64,000 nucleotides of DNA from Nannocystis bainbridge (GTDB taxonomy: Bacteria; Myxococcota_A; Polyangia; Nannocystales; Nannocystaceae). Below are positions 39,315-47,339 of this stretch, piece by piece (positions within the stretch are counted from its first letter, which is position 1; each line of letters starts with the position of its first letter). The stretch is from assembly GCF_028368995.1 (NCBI RefSeq), contig NZ_JAQNDL010000003.1:1728001-1792000 (forward strand). Reading direction: 5' to 3'. A program made the position numbers and the translations under genes. The notes under the pieces were generated by a model that saw only the letters and a list, made by a program, of their open reading frames with translations, had not been told where the DNA came from and did no database searches.

Positions 39315-40466
39315 ATGGACCTCGACCCGACGCCCTGCACTCCTGCCGACCTGCTCGTCCTCGACCGGCTGCGCACGCCGACGTGGATCGTCGAGCTCCC
39401 TCAGGCCGCGCGGTGGTGGTGCAACCGCGCCGGCCTGGCGACCTGGAACTCGCCCTCGCTCGCCGAGTGGATCGGTCGCAACGCCCTGCATCCCCCGTCG
39501 GCGGCCACCCTGACGCGCATGGAGAGCCTGCGCCGCCGCTTCGAGCGCGGCGAGGTCGCCACCGAGCGCTGGACCTTTTATCCCGACGGCGCCGGGCCCG
39601 TCGTCGCCGAGTGCCGCGCCTCGGGCATCTTCATCGCCGACGGCCGCGACCAGCCCGCGCGCCTGGCGATGTTGGTCGAGGCGCGCCCGCTCGCCGCCGA
39701 GGAGATCCACCCCGCCGAGCGCCGCGGCTACGAGGCGCTGCGCAACATCGGCGAGCTCGTCTCGTACTACGCCACGAGCGGCGAGGCGCTGCTGCGCAAC
39801 CCGGCGGCGATCCGCGCCCTCGGCGATTCCATCGGCCCCGGCGAGGCCCACGATCAGCTGCTCGCCGGCTTCGCCGACCCGGCCCAGGTCGCGGAGATCC
39901 GCGCCAGCGTGGCCGCCGGCGCCGTCTGGCGCAACGACGCCAGGATCCGCACCACCGGCGGCGAGCGCTGGTACGACACCGAAGCCCGCGCCGTGCTCGA
40001 CCCCGTCACCGGCAACCCCGGCGTGCTCGTCACCCAGCGCGACATCGCCGAGCGCCGCGCCCACGTCGAGGAGCTCGAGCGCAGCCGCGAGCTCCTGGCC
40101 GCCCAGGCCGAGGAGCTGCGCAACCTCGCCGCGCCGGTGATCCGCGTCGGCGACGGCGTGCTCGCGCTGCCGCTGATCGGCAAGCTCGACCGCGAGCGCG
40201 TCGAGGTCGCCCTCGCGGCGCTGATGGAGCGCACCGCCGCCGAGCGGACCGCCCGCGTGGTCCTCGACCTCACCGGCGCCGCCGACGTCGACGACGCCGC
40301 CGCCGAGGGCCTGCTCCGCCTGGTCCGCGTGCTCCGCCTCCAGGGCATCGCCCCGGCCCTCAGCGGGATCCACCCCCGCCTCGTCCACGCGATCCTCGCC
40401 GCCAGCCTCGACCTCGGCGCCGTGCCCTGCTTCCAGACCCTCGAGCACGCGCTGCGCGCGAGGTGA
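39315..40466 (+). CDS. PAS-like + STAS domain protein (RsbR-like)
   Basis: APVIRVGDGVLALPLIGKLD...VVLDLTG...LRLQG...LSGIHP (STAS); upstream PAS-like segments. Confidence 0.9.
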   Translation: MDLDPTPCTPADLLVLDRLRTPTWIVELPQAARWWCNRAGLATWNSPSLAEWIGRNALHPPSAATLTRMESLRRRFERGEVATERWTFYPDGAGPVVAECRASGIFIADGRDQPARLAMLVEARPLAAEEIHPAERRGYEALRNIGELVSYYATSGEALLRNPAAIRALGDSIGPGEAHDQLLAGFADPAQVAEIRASVAAGAVWRNDARIRTTGGERWYDTEARAVLDPVTGNPGVLVTQRDIAERRAHVEELERSRELLAAQAEELRNLAAPVIRVGDGVLALPLIGKLDRERVEVALAALMERTAAERTARVVLDLTGAADVDDAAAEGLLRLVRVLRLQGIAPALSGIHPRLVHAILAASLDLGAVPCFQTLEHALRAR

Positions 40467-41119
40467 CGTTCCGACAGCTGTCCGCGCGGCGCAGCCGACG
40501 CTCGGGCCCGATTCGTCGATACCGGGGCCTCGCAAATCACGCGACCGTGAAGCGCAGCCAACCTCCGGCGGCGCATATCGCGATTCACAATGTTCATAGG
40601 TCCGGCAGCACCGGTGTCAACATTCACAACGTCGCGGGATATCGGACTCTACACAATCGCCCGCCTCGCCGAGACGCATCACCAGCGATGAAGTCTCGCG
40701 CGATCCCGACGATCACGCGAGCCTGACTCCTCCCAGCGATGCATGGACCCCATCTCGCCGCTCCCTTCATTCTCGCGAACGTCAGCGCGCGGCCGAGCAG
40801 CCCGCATCGTCGATCCCCACGAGCCCGGGCGCCTCGAAGTCAGCCCTGACCCTCGCTCCGGGCCCGGCCCGGCAGATCGCCGAGCTTCGACGTCCTCGAC
40901 TCCAGCGGCCACCGTGCATGACGCTCGCCCCTGTGAACATCGTACGGCGGCCCGTTCACAGCCTGCCGCGCCTGTATGTCCCTGTCCCCCCACCGGCTCC
41001 GCGGCGACCTACGCTGCAGGATTCACTGGTCGACTCGCAACCTCCCCTCCCTCGATCGTGCGACACTCCGCCGCTGGCGGACGCGGCTCGACCTCGCCGC
41101 GCTGCCCTGGAGACACGCC

Positions 41120-44100
41120 ATGGATCCGCACGAAAGTTCCGACTCGATCGATCCGCGCCTTGAAGCATTCGTCGCCAGCGTCGGCGCCCTCGCCGACCTC
41201 CTCCGCGCCGACGACCTCGATCCCTCCCCGCTGCGCAACGACTGGGGCGCCCACGAAAGGCAGCTCGGCGAGGTCCGTCGCCTCGTCCAGACCGAGATCT
41301 TGCCTGCCGCCGAGGCTGCGCTCGCTGCCGCCGCCGAGGCTGACGGCCCGCGTATTCGTCAGTTCTGCGCCGACGTGCTGGGCGACGCCGCCGGTCTCCT
41401 CTACGCCGCCCGCGAGCAGGACGCCGCCCGCACCACCGTCGCCGCCGCTGCCCGGCTCGGCGCCGGCACCGAGGCTGGCACGCTCGCCGCCGAGGGCGTC
41501 CGCGACCTCGAGAACTTCGCCCAGCTCATTCGCGCCTGGTGGCTCTTGCGTCACAAGCGGCGCGACGAGGCCCGCCAGCTCGCGCGCAGGCTCATCGGCC
41601 TCGCCCTGCTGCCGACGCTCGTCGCCTCGGCCCGGCTCATCGCCGACGCCCCTGAGCCGCTCAAGAGCGCCCCCGTGCTCTTCTCGCTCAACGGCTGCGG
41701 CGTGCGGGTCCTCGGCGATCGCGACCATCGCAGCGACGGCACCTATGTGACCACCCGCTACGCCACCCTCATCTTTATCCCGCTGTGCCCAGTCGACGCC
41801 TATCGCGTCGCGGCCGCCGAAGACGGCCATTACTTCCTCCACCGCGAGCCGCTCTCGCGCACCACCAAGATCTGGCGCTGGGCCTTCCTCGCCGCGATCC
41901 TGGTCGGCGCGCTCTCGATCGCCGCCACCCAGTACTTCGGCTCCCCCGATTATCGCCTGGGCGCCGCGATCGGTGACATCCAGCGCGAAGAGCCGGGCGC
42001 CGACAGCGAGGCGCTGCTGGCCCGCTACGAGGCCGCGCTCGCCGAGCACCCCGAGGCCAGCGTCGACGCTGCATTGCCCGCGATCGAGGCGATCGTGCGC
42101 CTCGCCACCGCCGACCTCACCGAGCCGCTCACTGTCGACGAGGTCCCGCGGCTCAAGCGGGTCATCCGTCGCTTCGAGGCCCTGCCGCGGCCCTTCCGCG
42201 GCGACGGCGGCACCCGGCCGATGATCGCCCGCATCGAGGCGCTCGCCGCCGGGCTCGGCGAGGGCTCGGACGAGGCCGTCGACGCCCAGATCCGCCTCCT
42301 CACCGACGCCCGTCGCCTGGTCGACGGCGCCGAGAGCGAGCGGCTCGCCGAACGTCAGCAGGCCCTGCGGCTCGCGCTCGCCGGCCGGATCGCCGACGCC
42401 TGGCCGCTGCGGGCCGTCCGGATCTACGCCGCCAGCACCGACGACCCGCAGGCCGTCACCGCCGCCGCACCGCTGATCGTCGGCCTCGACGACGGGCCCG
42501 CGCAGTGGCTCGAGCTCGCCGACGCCATCGAGCGCTGGCTCGGCCCCGCGCGCAAGCAAGGCGGCCTCGGCGACGCGGTGGAGCGGGCCACCGAGCGCCT
42601 GCGAGCCGCTCGCGGCAGCACCACCGATTCGGCGCGCGTCGAGCTGCTCGGCGGCAACGACCTCGAGGCGCTGCGCACCGCCCTCGCCGCCGCGCCCGGC
42701 GATCAGGAGATCGCGATCGCCCTGGCCCAGGCCCAGCGCGGCGCCGGCGAGCTCGAGGCCGCGAACGCGACCCTGGGCGCGCTCGGCAAGCCCGGGCGCC
42801 TCGTGCTCGCCGGTCAGGTCGCGCTCGCCAGCGTGTGGTCCGATCTGGGCCGCGTCGACGAGGCCGAGTCCTTGCTGCGCCAGGTCTTGATCGATCGCCT
42901 CCCGGCCTTCGAGGACGCGCGCGTGGTCTACCTCGAGGCCCGCGCCGAGGAGGCCCAGCGCTTCGTCGACCGCGCCCGCGCCGGCGACCTCCCGTCCGAC
43001 CTCGAGCGCAGCCTCGAACGCGCCTCCGAGCAGGAGCAGGGCGCCATCTTCAGCGAGTGGCTCGAGCAGCAGCTCGGCGACAGCCCCAAGCTCACCCCGC
43101 TGCTCGCCAGTTACACCGCCGCGGCCGACGTCGTGCCGGTCGCGCTGCTGCTCGGCACCATCCAGCTGCAGCGCGCGAGCGGGCTCGAGGGTGACGCTCG
43201 CGCCGCCGCCCTCAACGCCGCCGAGGGCACCTTCCTGTCGATCCAGGCCGAGGCCGAGGGCGTGCCGAGCTATCACCTCGGGCTCGGCGAGATCTACCAC
43301 CGCCTCGGCAAGCGCGACGAGGGCGACCGCGAGTTCGCGGCGCTGCTGGAGGCCAACGACCCGATGGTCGCCCTGAAGGTCGCCCATGCCTACCGCGGCC
43401 TCGGCATGAAGGAGCGCTCGCGCGAGCTCAGCGAGAAGCTCCACGCCGAGTCGCCGTCGCCGGTCAAGGAGCACGCGGCGATGCTGCGCTCGCTGCTCGC
43501 CCCCGGCCTCGAAGAGCAGCGCACGTGGGTCGAGCGCGCCGACCTCAAGGACCCGTCAGTGCGCCGCAAGCTGGCCTCGATCGAGGCCCAGGAGCTGATG
43601 GCCAAGGGCGCCTGGGAGCAGGCCGATCGCAAGCTCGCCGAGGTCCTCGCCGGCTACCTCGCCGAGGCCGAGACCGACAGCAGCTCGGCCAACAACGCCG
43701 CGGTGACCATGCTCGAGCGCTATCACTGCACCGGCGAGCGCCGCATGCTCGACGACGCCGTCGCCGTGCTCGAGAAGAGCCGCCGCCTCGACCCCGACGG
43801 CGCGGTCATCCTCCACAACCTCTCGAGCGCGGTCGAATCACTGGCGGCCGCGACGCTGGTGTCGAAGTGGGTCGACATCCACCGCCTGCCGCTCGACCTG
43901 GGCGACGCGACCGACGTGCTCGAAGCGCTGGGGCGCGGCCGGACCCGCGACGCCTTCCGCAAGCGCGTGCGCGAGGAGCCGCTGGTCCAGCGCGCGCTCG
44001 ACCTCCACCGCCAGACGGCGACCCTCGCCCCGCGCAGCTCCGACCCCCACGAGGGCGACGCCAAATGGCTCGACCTCGCCGGGGACGTCGCGGGCCTGCG

Positions 44101-44815
44101 CGAGCTGCTCGCCCGCCTCGAGCGGCTCGAGAACCTCGACACCAGCGACGCCGACGTCCACCGCGAGCGTCACCTCCGCGGCGAGGACGACGAGCACGTC
44201 CAGACCACGCTTACCACGCTGCTCGGTCGCCTCGACCGGCGGATCGCCAAGCTCGACCGGCGCCGCCACGGGCCGACCCTCGCCGCGGCGACCCTGGTGC
44301 GCGGGACCTACCTCGAGTCGCAGAGCCGATTCGACGGCCCCGAGCGGGCCCTCGAGGCCGCCGCCGCCTACCACCTCGCCCACGAGATCTGGCCGGAGCT
44401 CGGCAGCCGCTCCGACGAGACCCGGGCCCTGATCCTCGCCGCCGCCCTCCGGGCCGCCAAGGACTCGCCGGAGTTCGGCACGATGTGGACCGCCGACTAC
44501 CGCCGGACCGGCCTCACCAACATCGTCCTCACCCTGGTCCGCGCCCCCGACTCGGCCAACGCAGCCGCGCTGCGGGCCACGCCGGAATTCGCCCGCGCGC
44601 TCGCCAGCCTCGGCGAACGCGGCGAAGACGAGCTGGAGCTCCTCGACTGGGCCCTCGCCACCCTCGGCCGCGACAACGCCCAGATCGAGCGAGCCCGCGA
44701 CGCGCTCACCCGCGAGGACCTGCAGCTCATGCGCAAGATCGAGACCCGCCTCGATCCGAACGACCCGAGCTCCAGCGAGCTCCTCACCCACCTCGCCGCA
44801 ATCACCGGCGGCTGA
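41120..44815 (+). CDS. large membrane-anchored TPR-like protein
   Basis: FSLNGCG...YVTTRYATLIFIPLCPVDAYRV motif, TM segment WRWAFLAAILVGALSIAA, long helical/TPR region. Confidence 0.85.
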   Translation: MDPHESSDSIDPRLEAFVASVGALADLLRADDLDPSPLRNDWGAHERQLGEVRRLVQTEILPAAEAALAAAAEADGPRIRQFCADVLGDAAGLLYAAREQDAARTTVAAAARLGAGTEAGTLAAEGVRDLENFAQLIRAWWLLRHKRRDEARQLARRLIGLALLPTLVASARLIADAPEPLKSAPVLFSLNGCGVRVLGDRDHRSDGTYVTTRYATLIFIPLCPVDAYRVAAAEDGHYFLHREPLSRTTKIWRWAFLAAILVGALSIAATQYFGSPDYRLGAAIGDIQREEPGADSEALLARYEAALAEHPEASVDAALPAIEAIVRLATADLTEPLTVDEVPRLKRVIRRFEALPRPFRGDGGTRPMIARIEALAAGLGEGSDEAVDAQIRLLTDARRLVDGAESERLAERQQALRLALAGRIADAWPLRAVRIYAASTDDPQAVTAAAPLIVGLDDGPAQWLELADAIERWLGPARKQGGLGDAVERATERLRAARGSTTDSARVELLGGNDLEALRTALAAAPGDQEIAIALAQAQRGAGELEAANATLGALGKPGRLVLAGQVALASVWSDLGRVDEAESLLRQVLIDRLPAFEDARVVYLEARAEEAQRFVDRARAGDLPSDLERSLERASEQEQGAIFSEWLEQQLGDSPKLTPLLASYTAAADVVPVALLLGTIQLQRASGLEGDARAAALNAAEGTFLSIQAEAEGVPSYHLGLGEIYHRLGKRDEGDREFAALLEANDPMVALKVAHAYRGLGMKERSRELSEKLHAESPSPVKEHAAMLRSLLAPGLEEQRTWVERADLKDPSVRRKLASIEAQELMAKGAWEQADRKLAEVLAGYLAEAETDSSSANNAAVTMLERYHCTGERRMLDDAVAVLEKSRRLDPDGAVILHNLSSAVESLAAATLVSKWVDIHRLPLDLGDATDVLEALGRGRTRDAFRKRVREEPLVQRALDLHRQTATLAPRSSDPHEGDAKWLDLAGDVAGLRELLARLERLENLDTSDADVHRERHLRGEDDEHVQTTLTTLLGRLDRRIAKLDRRRHGPTLAAATLVRGTYLESQSRFDGPERALEAAAAYHLAHEIWPELGSRSDETRALILAAALRAAKDSPEFGTMWTADYRRTGLTNIVLTLVRAPDSANAAALRATPEFARALASLGERGEDELELLDWALATLGRDNAQIERARDALTREDLQLMRKIETRLDPNDPSSSELLTHLAAITGG

Positions 44816-44941
44816 GCATGCATTCGTGAGGCGAGCAGCGGTGCGCCCCCCACGAGGGCGGGGTCGCACCGCAATCGCCACGATACTACCGGCGATTCGT
44901 AATGTCCCCGCATGCCGATTCATGCCACCCTATCTCGCATC

Positions 44942-45440
44942 ATGCTCGGCCCACGCCTGATAGTGCTCCTTTTCATGGCGTCCTGTACGCGGTCGCCCGA
45001 CGGCTCCTCCGGCTCCGACGCGACCACCTCGTCGTCGGAGCTCCCCCCGGGGCGATGCGACTCGGAGTTTCACGGCGAATTTTGGTGTGAGTGTGAGAGC
45101 GGAGAGAAGACGGCGTGCGACGGCGACGGCGACGGCGTGAGCGTGTGCTTCGTATGGGACGACGAGGTCATCACCGAATATCGATGGGGCCCATGCGGCG
45201 AATGTGAGCCCGGCCTGTCGCGCCCGTGCGAAATCGACGGCGCTCCGGGTCATGAGTTCTGCGCCGTCGCCGGTACCATGGTCGACTCTCTCTCCGACCT
45301 GCCGACCCCGCGGTGGGGCATCTGCGCTGGAGGCGTCGATCGTCTGCCTGCCAGGACAATCGAAGATGTGCGACGACGGCGTGTCCTCCGTCCTCTGCGA
45401 GGTCGACGAGACGGGCGTCCCGTACTGGCTGCCGTGCTGA
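44942..45440 (+). pseudogene. Cys-rich lipoprotein with apparent frameshift near 45326
   Basis: Lipobox-like FMASC; the C..G...C...W..C repeats continue in another frame (CLPGQSKMC...C...PYWLPC*, stop at 45440). Confidence 0.65.
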
Positions 45441-45676
45441 CGCGTACTGTCTGACAGCCGGGTCGTCGAAGCGCTGGGCTGAGGCATGTTTCGCCGGGCT
45501 CATCGGCACACTGTCCCGGGCCCGGCCTTGTCGCTTCATGGCCTCGCGGTCGCTCACGAATCCGCGAGGCCTGAGCGCTCGCTCTCCCCTTGCAATGCTC
45601 AGAACCCCGCTGCCGCGCCGACGTGACCGCAGATCGTCATTCGATAGTGGCCCGCCTGTGATAGCCTCCGCGCGGC

Positions 45677-46306
45677 TTGTCCACGCGCGACCAGGAACTC
45701 GTGCGCAGGGTCGTCGCCGGTGATGGTGCGGCGACCCGCGAGCTGGTGACGCGCCTGCTCGAAGTCGTCGCGCGCGAGGTCGGCTTCGTGCTCCTGCGGC
45801 GGGCCGCGCCCTCGCGCCGCGACCCGCGACAGGAGCGCGACGACCTCGCCCAGGACGTCCTCGTCGGCTTGCTCTCCGACGGCGCCCAGGAGCTCGCGCG
45901 CTGGGATCCCGCACGCGGCCGCTCGCTCGACAGCTTCGTCCAGCTCATCGCCCGGCGCCGCGCGATCCGCCTGCTCAGCGGCGGCCGCGGCAACCCGTGG
46001 GGCCACGACCCGGTCGCGCCCGACGACCTCGAGGAGCTCCACGAAGGCGCCGCCCGCGACGTCGAGGAGCTCGAGGCGCGCAACGAGCTGGCCAGCGTCC
46101 TCGACGGCCTGCACGCGCACATGAGCGACCGCGACGCCGAGCTGTTCGAGCTGGTATTCGTCGAGGAGCGCGCGCCCGAGGAGGTCTGCGAGCAGATGAG
46201 CATGACCCGCGCGGCCCTCAACACCTGGCGACACCGCCTGCGCAAGCTCGCCAAGCAGCTCGCCGAGCAGGCCCTGCGGCCTGCGCGGCCCGGAGGCGGC
46301 CCGTGA
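45677..46306 (+). CDS. ECF RNA polymerase sigma factor
   Basis: DQELVRRVVAGD...DDLAQDV...WDPARGRSLDSFV (sigma2); PEEVCEQMSMTRAALNTWRHRLRK (sigma4). Confidence 0.92.
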   Translation: MSTRDQELVRRVVAGDGAATRELVTRLLEVVAREVGFVLLRRAAPSRRDPRQERDDLAQDVLVGLLSDGAQELARWDPARGRSLDSFVQLIARRRAIRLLSGGRGNPWGHDPVAPDDLEELHEGAARDVEELEARNELASVLDGLHAHMSDRDAELFELVFVEERAPEEVCEQMSMTRAALNTWRHRLRKLAKQLAEQALRPARPGGGP

Positions 46307-46315
46307 TCGGCGCCA

Positions 46316-46346
46316 TGTCAGAGCGCGCGAGCCCGTCGCCAATGAG
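46316..46346 (+). promoter_or_regulatory. putative ECF promoter, copy 1
   Basis: TGTCAG-N12-CGTCGCCAATGAG; same spacing as the copies at 50070 and 51792. Confidence 0.6.
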
Positions 46347-46364
46347 GAGAGGAGGCGAGTGGAC

Positions 46365-47339
46365 ATGGCCGACGAACTCCTGAACGCCCTCGGGCGGCTC
46401 GCGCGCGAGCAGAGGGCCGCCGCTGACGCCGACCCGCGGACCGGCCCGCTCACCGCCGACGAGCGCGACGACCTGCTGGCCGGCGTGCTCGCGCGGCTGC
46501 AAGCCTCCGGGCCTGCTGCGACCTCGCCGCAAGACCCAATCGCGCCGCCGAAGCTGCACAGCGAGACATCGCTGCAAGACCCCGTAATCGCGCCGCCGCA
46601 CAGCGAGACCTCGCTGCGGGGCCCTGCAATCGCGCCCCTGCACTCCACCGCCACCTCGCTGCAAGACCCTGCAATCGGCCCGGCGCCGCCGCCCAGCGAG
46701 ACATCGCTGCAAGACCCCGCAATCGCGCTGCACGCCACCGCCACATCGCTGCGAGACCCCGCAATCGCGCCCCTCTCCGCCGACGCGCCCGCTCCGCTCG
46801 CCAGCGAGCCCTCGCCTCCCGCCCCGACCAACCTCGTCGAGCTCGCCCCTCGCCGCCGCGCCCGCTGGTTCGCCGGCCTCGGCTCCCTCGCGGCGGCCGC
46901 CGCCCTCGCCCTCGTCCTCCTCCGCGGCGGCGGCGAGCCCTCGCTCGACCTCCCGGCCTACGCCCTCGTCCGCGGCGGCGACGCCACTTCTCGCGCGCAC
47001 GACGCTCCCCCGAGCGCCTCGCTGCGCCTGCGCGTCGACAGCCCGGTCGACCTCGTGCTCGCCCCCGCCACCCCCGTCGCCGGCCCCGTCGAAGTGCGCC
47101 TCGTCGCCAGCCAGGCCGGCGCCGCGCGCTGGCTCGTGCCCGACGCCACCGTCTCCGCCGACGGCGCCATCCGCCTGCGCGGCGCCGCGGCCTGGGGCCT
47201 CCCGGCCGGCCGCTGGCAGCTCGCCGTCCTCGTCGGCCGCCCGGACCGCCTGCCCGCCGACCTCGCCGCCTGGCAGGCCGCCACGACGCCCGAGTGGCAG
47301 GTCCTCGCGCTCGAGCTCGAGGTCGTGGGTGCCGACTGA
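46365..47339 (+). CDS. putative anti-sigma factor (short N-terminal helix, repeat linker, single TM, extracytoplasmic beta domain)
   Basis: Directly follows the sigma gene; GGAGG RBS; RRRARW + TM; C-terminal beta-sandwich-like domain; overlaps the CHAT gene start. Confidence 0.75.
   Translation: MADELLNALGRLAREQRAAADADPRTGPLTADERDDLLAGVLARLQASGPAATSPQDPIAPPKLHSETSLQDPVIAPPHSETSLRGPAIAPLHSTATSLQDPAIGPAPPPSETSLQDPAIALHATATSLRDPAIAPLSADAPAPLASEPSPPAPTNLVELAPRRRARWFAGLGSLAAAAALALVLLRGGGEPSLDLPAYALVRGGDATSRAHDAPPSASLRLRVDSPVDLVLAPATPVAGPVEVRLVASQAGAARWLVPDATVSADGAIRLRGAAAWGLPAGRWQLAVLVGRPDRLPADLAAWQAATTPEWQVLALELEVVGAD
46521..46772 (+). repeat. coding tandem repeat, 6 x (TSLQDPAIAP), period 42-48 bp
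   Basis: Units at 46521, 46566, 46608, 46653, 46701 and 46743. Confidence 0.9.
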
